This document shows positions 1 through 11,518 of a stretch of DNA of 62,000 nt, piece by piece. The translations under genes and the position numbers were made by a program. Under the pieces are notes generated by a model, which had not been told where the DNA came from, ran no database searches, and saw nothing but the letters and a program-made list of their open reading frames with translations. The DNA is taken from the NCBI GenBank assembly GCA_038087875.1, contig CM075990.1, forward strand, positions 1,240,001-1,302,000, given 5' to 3'. Position 1 is the first letter of the stretch. Each line of letters opens with the position of its first letter. The stretch comes from Malacoraja senta. Its lineage: Eukaryota.

Positions 1-113
1 AGGGAGGAGAAACCCACGTTTTAACCCCACCCCCCCTTAAAGGCGCCAAAATCGCGCACACGGCCAGTGGCAGAATTACAGCGCGACTGAAGGTAAGTTT
101 TGTAACATACCTA
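1..113. mobile_element. Right end of a TIR DNA transposon, same family as 4341-6159 (runs off the window start)
   Basis: Ends ...ttttgtaacataccta (reverse complement taggtatgttacaaaa), matching the termini at 4341 and 6159; the preceding ~90 bp also resemble 6065-6159. Confidence 0.65.
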
Positions 114-310
114 CTAAATACGGGCACTGCAGTGTAGCTGATCATAGACACCCCCTAAACACTGGGGCACTGCAGTGTAGCTGACCACGGACATCCCTTA
201 AACACTGGGGCACTGCAGTGTAGCTGATCATAGACACCCGCTAAACACTAGGGGGAATGACAGTGTAGCTGACCGTAGATACCCACTAAACACTGGGCCA
301 CTGCAGCGTA
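114..310. repeat. Minisatellite, ~43-bp unit, ~4.5 copies
   Basis: Recurrent ctaaacactggggcactgcagtgtagctgatcatagacaccc; one more partial unit near 1238-1260. Confidence 0.85.
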
Positions 311-315
311 ATGAA

Positions 316-583
316 GGGTAGCACAGCTAGCGGAGTTGCTGCTGCACAGAATTAGGGACCCAGCCTCAACCCTGACTTTGCGAGCTGTCAGTGTAGAGTT
401 TGCACATTCTCCTGCATCCCAAAGACATGCAGGTTTAAACGTCATTTGGCCCTCCGTAAATTGCCCCTAGTGTGCAGGAAGTGGATTGGAAAGTGGGATA
501 ACATAGAACTAATGTGATTGGGTGATTGATGGTCGGTGTGGACTCAGTGGGCTGAAGGTCCTGTTTCCATGCTGTATCTCTAA
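316..583 (+). mobile_element. tRNA-derived V-SINE/HE1-like SINE (degenerate)
   Basis: V-domain-like gtgtagagtttgcacattctcc...cccaaagacatgcagg, then taaattgcccctagtgtg and the CR1-type tail gggctgaaggtcctgtttccatgctgtatctctaaa. Confidence 0.7.
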
Positions 584-1240
584 ATACAATACAATATAAT
601 ACAATAATACTTTATTAGCCAAGTATGATTTGCAACATATGAGGAATTTCATTTACCAAGTTAGTCATACAAATAAAACGCAACAGAACACACAAAATAC
701 ATTTTAACATAAACATCCACCACAGTGACTCCTCCACATTCCTCACTGTGATGGAAGGCGAAAAAAAGTTCAAAATCTTCCCTTCTTTGTTCTCCCGCGG
801 TCGGGGGCCTTGAGCCTCCTTTGACGGGACAGTCTTATTCCTGTTGCCGGCGGTCGGGCCCTACACGTCGGGCAGATCAACCTCTCGCATCGGGGGATCT
901 CAGTTCCCCCGCGCCGGCGATCGGACTCTGGGTTGGGGCTCGTCGAACCTTCTGCGTCGTTGGAGCTCCCGACATCTATGGTCTCTACCCAAGACTGCGA
1001 GCTCTCGATAGTAAGGTCCGCAGGCCGTGGTTGGAACAATCCAAGGCAAAGGATTGGCTCCGATAGTAAGTCCACACCCCACGGGGTGGGGGTGGGGGGC
1101 TCAAAGTATTTCCCGAGTGAGGCCTCCAGCTCCATGATGTCAATGACCCGGAAAACAACCGCATCTCCGGCAACGTAAGAAATTGAGAAAAACTTCCCCC
1201 TGACACCCTCCCCCTCCCCCACATACAAGAAACCACAGAA
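584..1240 (-). repeat. Unclassified interspersed repeat with a microsatellite tail; related copy at 50834-51505
   Basis: Blocks shared with 50834-51505 (cactgtgatggaa, tcttc..ttgttc..cc.g.ggtcgg, cgcatctccg, ccccacata); on the minus strand it ends in aataaa plus an (attgt)n tail. Confidence 0.55.
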
Positions 1241-1358
1241 ACACTGGGGCACTACAGCGTTTAATTAACGAACGCATGGCTTGTTTGGCCGTGTCACCAA
1301 CCTCTCCCATAGTGAGTCTGTTATTTTATTATGTTCTTGTGCTTTTTACTGTGGACAG

Positions 1359-1505
1359 GAAGGTAACATTTACCTGGCAGACTATAAGATCATGGATGGA
1401 GTTCCTGCCAACGCTACTGACCCCTGCACCATGCAGTACCTGACAGCACCCATCTGCTTGTTGTACAATAACTTAAGGAAGAAGCTGGTTCCCATCGCAA
1501 TCCAG
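1359..1505 (+). CDS. ALOX5: Arachidonate 5-lipoxygenase, exon equivalent to human exon 7 (147 bp)
   Basis: cag|GAA...CAG|gtaat; encodes EGNIYLADYKIMDGVPANATDPCTMQYLTAPICLLYNNLRKKLVPIAIQ. Confidence 0.95.
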
Positions 1506-2154
1506 GTAATCAGGAATGCAGCCCAGGAGAACAAGGAGCTGCTGCAATTAGGCAGGCACTGCCAGTGTCTGCTGATTGGATTGGTGAGCCAAGGGGGCCA
1601 ACGATGCATGTGAAAGGTGGTATGAAAGGGGGAGTTGGAACCAGGCCCCGCAATGGTGAGGGAACCGTTCAAGCAGCAGCTCAGTAAAACCCATTGTGAT
1701 AGAGTTCTCCATTAATCTCACTGCACTGGCTCTTCCCCTGTTGTCCTGTAAATCCTCTCTCTAGTGGAGTGTTTACCTGGTCCCATGTTGAAAGCTACCG
1801 TTAAATTCACTTCTAACTTTACAATTAAATCAAGCTGGGTAAAGTGTGAGCAGTGTAGAGGATGGCGTTGGATTTGAACAGATTGAGGTTGAGGTCAAAT
1901 ACGTAGCAGATACAGTTTGATGAGGATAAATGTGGGGTTATCCACATTAGGGGCAATAGTAGGAAGGCAAATTATTATTTGAGTGTCGATACACTGGTAA
2001 AGGGGAGATACAAAACGTGTACCAGTTACAGAAGGGAAGCATGCAAGAGGCTAGAAAGGCCACTAGCATCTGGTGTACAGGGACACCTGGATATCATTGT
2101 ACCACCCGCTTTCCTAGGCTATCGTTATTCATAGCGAGAGGATTCCGGTTTTGG

Positions 2155-2410
2155 ATGGCACAGTAGAGCTGCTGCCTCAAAGCGCCAGATCCTGACCTCG
2201 AGTGCTGTCTGTGCGGAGTTTGGACATTCTCTCTGACCCCGTGCGATTCCTCCCTTATAGGTTTGTAGGTTAAGTTGCCTCTGTAAATTGCCCCTAGTGT
2301 GTAGGAAGTGGATGCAGAAGTAGAATAACATAGAACTAGTGTGAACAGGGGATGAATGGTGGGTATGGTTGCAGTAGGCCAAAGTGCCTGTTTCTATGCT
2401 GTATCTTCCA
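2155..2410 (+). mobile_element. V-SINE/HE1-like SINE
   Basis: ggcacagtagagctgctgcctca...gtgcggagtttgga...taaattgcccctagtgtgtagg...cctgtttctatgctgtatc. Confidence 0.65.
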
Positions 2411-2771
2411 ATTCAGTTCAAAAACAAAACGCTAGAACACTCAGTAGGTTAGGCATTATTAGACCAGCATGGACCTGCCTCTCGCATCAATTATCAGCAT
2501 ACTCAATGGATCGAAGGGCCTGTTTTCATGCTGTATCTCTAAGCTAAATTAATAACCTTGCAGCTGCCTGCCCTTTCGTGCCAGGATCCCACAGCCCACC
2601 CCTCTGTCCTGTATCTCACTTTTATCCTCCCCTATTTTGTTTCCTCAATTTATGCAAAGCTGTTCCCTATGCCGCCAGGTTTAGTAGTGGTTTAACACAT
2701 TTGATTTCCATGTTGTGAAGATTATGGATACAATCTCTCATTACTAATAACACATGAAACTTTTCCCACAG

Positions 2772-2975
2772 TTGAAACAGGAACCTGGCCCTGAAAACCC
2801 AATCTTTCTCCCCACTGATGCAAAGTATGATTGGTTACTGGCCAAAATCTGGGTGAGATCATCTGACTTCCACGTACATCAGACTGTAACCCATCTCCTG
2901 CGGACGCACCTTATCTCTGAAGTGTTTGGTATAGCTATGTTTCGCCAGCTCCCAGCCGTCCACCCGCTCTTTAAG
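2772..2975 (+). CDS. ALOX5: ALOX5 exon 8 equivalent (204 bp), contains the first two iron-ligand His residues
   Basis: cag|TTG...AAG|gtaag; [68 protein letters not shown]. Confidence 0.97.
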
Positions 2976-3318
2976 GTAAGTCCACCCTCAGGTCTGGAGC
3001 CTCCGTTGTACAATGTGATCTATCTGCTGCTTGCTCATCTTCACCCACTCCTCATGAACCACACTAACCTGCCTTAGCCATCGCCTGTCACTGGGATGCA
3101 GGGTTAACCACCGTCTCTACCCCACTCTGCCCCACCTTGGGAATACTCATGGGACAGTGCAGAGGGAGCTCATTTGGAAGGAGCTGGCTGTTTGATTACT
3201 TTGAAATGGATACAGCACGCAGGAAGAACAAAGCAGTGGGATTAGTTTTGATATTTCAGTTGTTCTTTGTAACCAGTTATTTCTGAGCTCAATACTTCCC
3301 CTCTGTCTCTGTTACCAG

Positions 3319-3405
3319 TTGTTGCTGCCTCACATCCGATATACGATTGCGATCAACACAAAAGCGAGGGAGCAGCTGATTTGTGAGTGTGGTCTCTTTG
3401 ACAAG
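3319..3405 (+). CDS. ALOX5: ALOX5 exon 9 equivalent (87 bp)
   Basis: cag|TTG...AAG|gtagg; [29 protein letters not shown]. Confidence 0.95.
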
Positions 3406-4340
3406 GTAGGTGTGCTAATCTCTGGGCACCAGGACCCTGGTGTGTGTTGGAACTTAGGGGGTTAATGAGAATGTGGGGAGGATATAAGAAAATTAAGGTG
3501 GAATTAATATGAATGGTCGGTGTTGACTCGGTGGATTGAAGGGCCTATTTCCATGCTGCGCGGCTCGATGTCTCTGTGTACACCAATGTTGATTCAAGAT
3601 TAGGATATTTTACCGCTTGGTCCACTGCTGTTACTTTGAGATTTTGTTCTCCACGACTCTGTTGATTTATTCACTGAATAATTTCAGGAGAGAGAGATAA
3701 CCTTGGGGCACGAGGGCACCAGATTGTTTCATTACACCAGATGCTGCCATTCCAAATCACAGAACTACCAGGGTCAGGTCAATAATAAATGCAGATCCAA
3801 GTGCCCAAGGTCATCTCTCTCAAAGTGGAGCAAATGTGGGAGGTGTTGCATTTTGGGAAATCAAACCAGGGCAGGACCTTCACAGTGAATGGCAGTGCCC
3901 TGGGGAGTGTGGTTGAACAGAGGGATATAGGAATGCAGCGACATAGTTCCTTGAAAGTGGCATCACAGTAGATAGGGTGGCCGAGAAGGCTTTTGGCACA
4001 TTGGTCTTCATCAGTCAGGGTATTGAGTATAGACGTTGGGATGTTATGTTATAGTTGTACAAGACATTGGTGAGGCCATATTTGGAGTATTGTGTTAAGC
4101 TTTGGTAAGCTTGCTATTAGAAGGATGTTTTAAGCTGGAAAAAGTGCAGAGAAGATTTACAAAGATGTTGCCAGGCCTTGAGAGAGTGTGAGCTATAATG
4201 AGAGGCTGGGCAGGCAGGGATTTTTGTTCCATGGAGTACAGGATGATGAGGGGTGATCTTGTAGAGGTGTATAAGATCATGAGGGAATAGATCGGGGCGA
4301 ATGCACAAAGTATTTTACCCAGAATATGGGATTCGTGTAT

Positions 4341-6159
4341 TAGGAATGTTACAAAATTTTGAGATTAAAAAAAAAGAACATTTTTATAGCATTTGATACC
4401 TAATTCACTTTCATATCTTCAGTATTAAAAAAGTTATGGCCATTTTCATACTCGGAAATTAGCATCTTGTCCCCTATTGCTTTTCCATTGACTTAACACA
4501 AAAGCTGTGATCGAGGACAGTCAAAAGCCCATAACTTTCTTAAAAATTAAGAGAACTGAATGAAATTTTCAGTTATTATAGATTGAAGCATTCTGAAACA
4601 AATATAAACAATCTTACTTGGATGACCTGAAGTTAAAGTAGCTAATTACAAAATTGACCGTTGTGACGGAAATAGTAAGAAACACCCAGACTGCCTTGAA
4701 AATTCAAAAATGTGATATTCTCAAGATCAGAACTTTAATATTATTGTATTACATGCTGTAAGTCCGTAACAGACAGGTAAAGAAATTACAATTTCTAGCA
4801 AAAGACCAAGTCTTTATGGAGAAGATCAGTTGCTAGCTGGTACATTGGCATATCATAATCAGTAGCATCATCATACTCCTCAGATTGTAACCAATAAGCA
4901 ACTCTGTACACTTAGTTTTTCCGCAACTTATCAATTTTGGCATTGTAAATTACAAGTTTTTGGTTTTCAAACCACGCATGGCATGCCTTTCTGCCCACTA
5001 CTTTCCCATTAAGAATGTCCTGTAGATCATCACCTTTGGAGTAGTCCAAATTCAGATAATCTCGGTGAATACTGTCTAAATCAGTCTCTTTTGCTGGGCA
5101 TTTGGATTGACAATTTCGAGATCTGTTTAAAATGTAAAAGAAAAAAAACACTGAACAGCATTAACAGTAGCAAGTTATTATTTGCAGTTTTAGAAAAAAA
5201 GTCGAAATGAGAAAGTAAAACGCTAAAACAAATAATAAATGCCCAACAAAAAATTAATATTCATCAGTTTCATCAAATCAATTAAATTAATCTAATGAAT
5301 TAAATTTATCTAAATTCAATTACTAGATCGAAACATCTATCCATTTCTTAAGAAAAGGCTAAACATTTTAAATAGCCTCAGTATCCAAATAACAAACTGA
5401 TCCCATTCACACAAGAATTCACAGATAACATGATTTTTAAATCTCACTTTGTCATGAATTTAAATGCCAAATGGAGGGAATTTAATGTTTAATTCTCATA
5501 AATTAATCCAGAAACATCCACTCTCAAGATAATCAAAATAATTATTTTTTGCACAATACATCTGACTAAAAATGGACTGTGGATATTTAGTATGAAAATA
5601 TTGATGATGGATGGACAATAACACAAAATATAGATGATTTAGATGTTCTTATGACATGATTGTGCAAAAGAATAATTAATTTGATTATCTTGAGAGTGGA
5701 TGTTTCTGGAATGTGATCGATTGGAATGTTGCCATTGCCATAAATTTAAGCCCATATCGGCAGGCACGACATGGCCGATTCGTATGTGGGCCTAAATAAC
5801 ATTTTTCGCATCATAAGATTAAAATGAAGCCACACCAAAAAGCAAAATAACATGTTAAATAAACGACATACCTTTTGTTTTGTCCTGATATTGCGATCCG
5901 TGATGTTGAAGGCGATGAATGCATTTTTAGTCGCGTTTAAGTTCAATCCAGCAACACAATGGTCCAGCAAATCTTTTGTTTAAACCGGGAAGGGAAGCGC
6001 GTATGATTTTTCTTCATCTGCTAGCAGCCCGAGGAAATCCCTCTCTGACAACCAATGCAAACCTGCACCCCCCCCCACTCCCCCAAAGCCTCCGGAGTCG
6101 CATGCACAGGCAGTGGCAGAGCTGGAGTGCCGCTGATGGTAGATTTTGTAACAACGCTA
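4341..6159 (-). mobile_element. 1.8-kb non-autonomous TIR DNA transposon (hAT-like, 7-bp TSD)
   Basis: Termini taggaatgttacaaaa / ttttgtaacaacgcta; flanks cgtgtat (4334-4340) and catgtat (6160-6166); AT-rich interior; cleanly interrupts a CR1. Confidence 0.75.
4795..5924 (-). pseudogene. Two-exon ORF inside the TIR element (exon 1 5924-5872, exon 2 5122-4795), 126 codons with one in-frame TAA; Tudor/Spindlin-like C-terminal part
   Basis: aaaaATG start, donor AAG|gtatgt, acceptor ttttaaacag|, phases compatible; ...DILNGKVVGRKACHAWFENQKLVIYNAKIDKLRKN*VYRVAYWLQSEEYDDATDYDMPMYQLATDLLHKDLVFC*. Confidence 0.55.
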
Positions 6160-6664
6160 CATGTATCAGAGGACATAGATTTAAGATGAGAGGAGAAAGA
6201 TTAAATAGGAACTTGAAAGGCAACAATTTCGCACAGGTGGGTATATGGAACGAGCTTCCAGAGTAGTTGAAGCAGATACTATAACATTTAAAACACATTT
6301 AGCCAGGTATATGGATAGCAATAGTTAAGAGGGATTATGGGCCAAACGTGGGTAAGTTGGGGCTTGGTCGGCATTGGCAAGTTGGGCCAACGGGCCAGTT
6401 TTGCCCTGTATGACACTATAACTGAGTAAGAGGGGAGACTATTAAAGCTACAGGGAATGTGGGGAGGGTCATGGGAATATTTGTGATGGGCTGAGTCTAA
6501 GGGGGCCATGAGGAGAGGTTGTAGAGTTCGTACAGTCTATGGGTTAATGGGGGAGGTTAGTGAGGAAATCATGGGACATGGAAGGGAATGTGGGGCTTTG
6601 AGATGTGCCAAATAGGTCAGACCATGCGAATAAAGAGGGAGAAACTGAGTCAGTATCACACATA

Positions 6665-6905
6665 CAAAACAGAAAGTGCCAGAGGAATCCAGTGGGTCAG
6701 GCAGCATCTGTGGGGGGAAATGGACAGCTGATGTTTCGTGTCGGCACCCTTCTTCAGACTGAAGAAAGTCTGATCTTCAGGGCTGAAGAAGGGTTCTGAC
6801 CCCGAAACTATCCATTTCCCTCCTCAGATGTTGCCTGACTCCTGAGTTCCTCCAGCACTTTGTGTTTATCTCAGGATTCCAGCATCTGCAGTTCCTTGTG
6901 TCTCC
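6665..6905. mobile_element. Head-to-head pair of Penelope-like terminal fragments
   Basis: Minus copy (aagtgccagagga...cccttcttcag) abuts plus copy (ctgaagaagggtt...ccagcactttgtg...cagcatctgcagttcc). Confidence 0.6.
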
Positions 6906-6919
6906 AATATCACAAATAG

Positions 6920-7313
6920 ACAATAGACCATAGACAAGAGGTACAGGAGTAGGCCATTCGGCCCTTCAAGACAGCACTGCCATTTACTGTGATCATGGCT
7001 GATCATCCACAATCAGTACCCCGTTCCTGCCTTCTCCCCATATCCCTTGACTCCGCTATCTTCAAGAACTCTATCTAACTCTCTCTTGAAAGCCTCCAGA
7101 GAATTGGCCTCCACTGCCTTCTGAGGCACAGAATTCCACAGATTCACAACTCTCTGTGTGAAAACGTTTTTTCTCATCTCTGTTCTAAATGGCTTACCCC
7201 TTATTCTTAAACAGTGGCCCCTGGTTCTGGACTTTCCCAACATTTGGAAAATGTTTCCTGCCTCTAGCGTGTTCAAACCCTTAATAATCTTATGTTTCAA
7301 TAAGATCCCCTCT
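6920..7313 (-). mobile_element. CR1 LINE 3' end
   Basis: ORF 7013-7300 ...TRGHCLRIRGKPFRTEMRKNVFTQRVVNLWNSVP...GYGEKAGTGY followed by the CR1 3' UTR. Confidence 0.9.
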
Positions 7314-10300
7314 CATAGAAACATAGAAACAGAGAAAATAGGTGTAGGAGTAGGCCATTCGGCCCTTCGAGCCTGCACCGCCATTCGATATGATCATGGC
7401 TGATCATCCAACTCAGTATCCTGTACCTGCCTTCTCTCCATACCCCCTGATCCCTTTAGCCACGAGGGCCACATCTAACTCCCTCTTAAATATAGCCAAT
7501 GAACTGGCCTCAACTACCTTCTGTGGCAGAGAGTTCCAGAGATTCACCACTCTGTGTGTGAAAAGTAGGTCACACAGAGAGTCATCCTTCTAAATTCCAG
7601 AGTATACAAGCCCAACTCCTCCATTCTATCAACATATGATAGTCCTACCATCCGGGGAATAAACCTCATGAACATACGTTGCACTCCCTCAATAGCAAGA
7701 ATGTCCTTCCTCAAATTTGGAGACCAAAATTGCACATAATACTTCAGGTGTGGTCTCACTAGTGCCCTGTACAACTGCAGGACTTTTGTGCTCCTATACT
7801 CAACTCCTCTTGTTAGGAAGGCCAACATGCCATTCGCTTTCGTCACTGCCTGCTGTACCTGCATGCTTACTATCAGTGACTGATGAACAAGGACCTCCAG
7901 ATCTTGCTGTACTACCCCTTTTCCCAATTTGACACCATTCAGATAATAATCTTCCTTCCTGTTTTTGCCACCAAAGTGGATAACCCCACGTTTATCCGCA
8001 TTAAACTGCATCTGCCATGCATCTGCCCCTCACCCAACCTGTCCAATTCACCCTGCATCCTCATAGCATCCTCCTCACAGTTCACCCTGCCACCCAGCTT
8101 TGTGTCATCTGCAAATTTGCTAATGTTACTTTTAATCCCTTCATCTAAATCATTAATGTATATTGTAAATAGCTGTGGTCTGAGCACCGAGCCTTGCCAT
8201 ACCTCCATTGTCACTGCCTGCCATTCTGAAAGGGACTCGTTAATCCTACTCTTTGTTTCCTGTCTGCCAACCAATTATCTATCCATGTCAGTACCCTACC
8301 CCCAATACCATGTGCTCTAATTTTGCCTACTAATCTGCTATGTGGGAACTTATCAAATGCTTTCTGAAAGTCCAGGTACACTACATCCACTGGCTCTCCC
8401 TTGCCCATTTTCATAGTTACATCCTCAAAAAATTCCAGAAGATTAGACAAGCATGATTTCCCCTTTGTAAATCCATGCTGACTCGCTATTTGATATTTTA
8501 TAATTGACTCCAGCATCTTCCCCACCACCGATGTCAGGCTAACTGGTCTATAATTCGTTTTTAAGAAGGAACTGCAGATGCTGGAAAATCGAAGGTACAC
8601 AAAAATGCTGGAGAAACTCAGCGGGTGCAGCAGCATCTATGGAGCGAAGGAAATAGGCAATATTTCGGGCCAAAACCCTTCTTCAGACTGATGGGGCGTG
8701 GGGAGAAGAAAGGAAAAAGGCAGAGGAGGAGCCCGAGGGCTGAGGGATTGGAGGAGACAGCCCGAGGGCTGAGGAAGGGGAGGAGACAGCAAGGGCTAAC
8801 AAAATTGGGAGAATTCAATGTTCATGCCCCCAGGATGCAGACTCCCAAAGCGGAATATGAGGCGCTGTTCCTCCAATTTCCGGTGTTGCTCACTCTGGCC
8901 ATGGAGGAGACCCAGGACAGAGAGGTCGGATACGGAATGGGAGGGGGAGTTGAAGTGCTGAGCCACCGGGAGGTCAGGTTGGTTATTGCGGACTGAGTGG
9001 AGGTGTTCGGCGAAACGATCGCCAAGCCTCCGCTTGGTCTCACCGATGTAGATCAGCTGACATCTAGAGCAGCGGATGCAATAGATGAGGTTGGAGGAGA
9101 TGCACCTGGAACGACTGCTTGGGTCCTTGAATGGAGTTGAGGGGGGAGGTGAAGGGACAAGTGTTGCATCTCTTGCGGTTGCAAGGGAAAGTGCCCGGGG
9201 AGGGGGTGGTACGGGAGGGAAGGGAAGAATTGACAAGGGAGTTACGGAGGGAGCGGTCTTTGCGGAAGGCAGACATGGGGAGAGATGGGAAGATGTGGCG
9301 AGTGGTGGGGTCACGTTGGAGGTGGCGAAACTGACGGAGGATTACTTGTTGTATGTGACGGCTGGTGGGGTGAAAGGTGAGGACTAGGGGGACTCTGCCC
9401 TTGTTGCGAGTGGGGGGATGGGGAGAGAGAGCAGTGTTGCGGGGTATGGAAGAGACCCTGGTGCGAGCCTCATCTATGGTGGAGGAGGGGAACCCCCGTT
9501 CCCTGAAGAATGAGGACATTTCAGATGCCCTGGTGTGAAACGCCTCATCCTGGGAGCAGATGCGACGTAGACGGAGGAATTGGGAATAGGGGATGGAGTC
9601 CTTACAGGAAGCAGGGTGGGAAGAAGTGTAGTCCAGATAGCCATGGGAGTCAGTAGGTTTATCGTGGTTGTTGGTCAGAAGTCTATCACCTGCGATGGAG
9701 ATAGTGAGGTCAAGGAATGGTAGGGAAGTGTCGGAAATGGTCCAGGTGTATTTGAGTGCCGGATGGAAGTTAGTGGTGAAGTGGATGAAGTCAGTCAGTT
9801 GTGTGTGGGTGCAGGAGGTGGCACCCACACACAACTGACTGACTTCATCCACTTCACCACTAAGCAGTCATCGATGTAGCGGAGGTAGAGGTCGGGGATG
9901 GGGCCCTGGTACGTATTGAACAAGGATTGTTCGACGTACCCGACAAAGAGGCAGGCGTAGCTGGGGCCCTTGCGTGTGCCCATAGCTACGCCTTGTATTT
10001 GGAGGGAATGGGAGGAGTCAAACGAGAAGTTATTGAGGGTAAGGACCAGCTCCGCTAGGCAGAGGAGGGTGTCAGTGGCCGGGTATAGGTTGCTTCTCTG
10101 GTCGAGTAAGAACCGGAGGGCTTTGAGACCATCCTGGTGGGGGATGGAGGTGTAGAGTGACTGGACGACCATGGTGAAGATGAGGGGGTGAGGGCCTAGA
10201 GAATGGAATGCGCGGAGATGACGGAGAGTGTCTGAGGTGTCTTGAACATAGGTAGGGAGGGATTTAACCAAGGGGGATAGGATGGAGTCAAGGTAGGTGG

Positions 10301-11340
10301 AAATGAGTTCGGTGGGGCACGAACAGGCAGAGACAATGGGTCTACCGGGACAGTCAGGTTTGTGGATTTTGGGGAGAAGGTAAAATCGGGCCGTGCGGGG
10401 CTGGGGAACGATGAGGTCGGAGGCTCGGTCGGGCAGGGCGTGGGAGTTGAAGAAGTCGGTGATGGTGCTGGAGATGGTGGCCTGGTGCTCGTCAGTGGGG
10501 TCATGGTCCAGGGGTAAGTAGGAGGAGGTGTCCGAGAGTTGTCGCGTGGCCTCAGCTTTGTAGAGATCGACGCGCCAGACTACCACGGCACCTCCCATGT
10601 CGGCGGGTTTGATAACCCAATCTGGGTTGTGACAGGGGAGTGGAGAAGTTGAGGCGGTTGATGTCACGACGGCAGTTTTTGATAAAGAGTTCTAAAGCCG
10701 GAAGGCCACGAGTGGGGTTTCACGAGGAGGGGGTGCATTGGAGACGGGAAAAGGGGTCATCAATGGGGGTCGAGGACTCCTTCCCATGGAAGAATGCTGT
10801 GAGGCGGAGGCGGCGGTAGAAGAGTTCCAAGTCATGGTGGGCGCGGAACTCATTGAGGTGGGGACGGAGGGGGACAAAGGTAAGACCTCTACTGAGGTCT
10901 ATAATTCCCTGTTTTCACTCTCCCGCCTTTTTAAAAAAGTGGGATAACATTAGCTACCCTCCAATCCACAGGAACTGATCCTGAATCTATAGAACATTGG
11001 AAAATGATCACCAATGCGTCCACGATTTCTAGAGTCACTTCCTTAAGTACCCTGGGATGCACACCATCAGGCCCTGGGGATTTATCAGCCTTCAATTCAA
11101 TCAGTCTGCCCAACACCATTTCCTGCCTAATGTGAATTTCCTTCAGTTCCTCCATCACCCTAGATCCTCTGGCCACTAGTACATCAGGGAGATTTTTTGT
11201 TTCTTCCTTAGTGAAGACTGAGCCAAAGTACCTGTTCAACTCATCTGCCATTTCCTTGTTCCCCATAATAAAATCACCTTTTTCAGTCTTCAAGGGTCCA
11301 ACATTGATCTTAACTAATTGTTTCTTCTTCACATACCTAA
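7314..11340 (-). mobile_element. 5'-truncated CR1 LINE (RT region, frameshifted), interrupted by the Penelope-like element at 8557-10895
   Basis: [39 protein letters not shown] at 7314-8556 and KSPGPDG, WRVANV at 10896-11340; both parts share the junction ggtctataattc. Confidence 0.9.
8557..10895 (-). mobile_element. Penelope-like retroelement (RT + GIY-YIG endonuclease), 5'-truncated, 12-bp TSD
   Basis: RT motifs KPADMG, FYLLPKIHK, GRPIVS, GVAMGT, YIDD; GIY-YIG NLIYCIRCSRCQLIYIGETKRRLGDRFAEH; TSD ggtctataattc at 8545-8556 and 10896-10907. Confidence 0.92.
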
Positions 11341-11518
11341 ATGGATGACTTCCAGCAGAAATGGCCAATTTTGGCACCGATGGAGAGATGGACAGAACAG
11401 ATGGAAGAGGGGTGCTCCCTCATTTATTGTTATAGTTTTATTTACTATTGTTGCATGCATCTATTAGATCAAAGGGAGGATGGAGCAGTGATGGTCAGAG
11501 GAGGATAGGACCTGCGTA

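Larger units (their letters stand above)
3815..6425 (+). mobile_element. Degenerate CR1 (HER1-like) LINE 3' fragment, split by the TIR element at 4341-6159
   Basis: Decayed CR1 C-terminal coding sequence (KCEVLHFG, LVRPxLEYCV) at 3815-4340 resumes at 6167 (cagaggacatagatttaagatgagagg) and runs to a CR1 tail. Confidence 0.7.

Noticed and set aside
114..310. Regularly spaced ~43-bp repeats resembling a CRISPR array
   Set aside because: Units are contiguous tandem copies without unique spacers, in a spliced vertebrate locus; this is a minisatellite.
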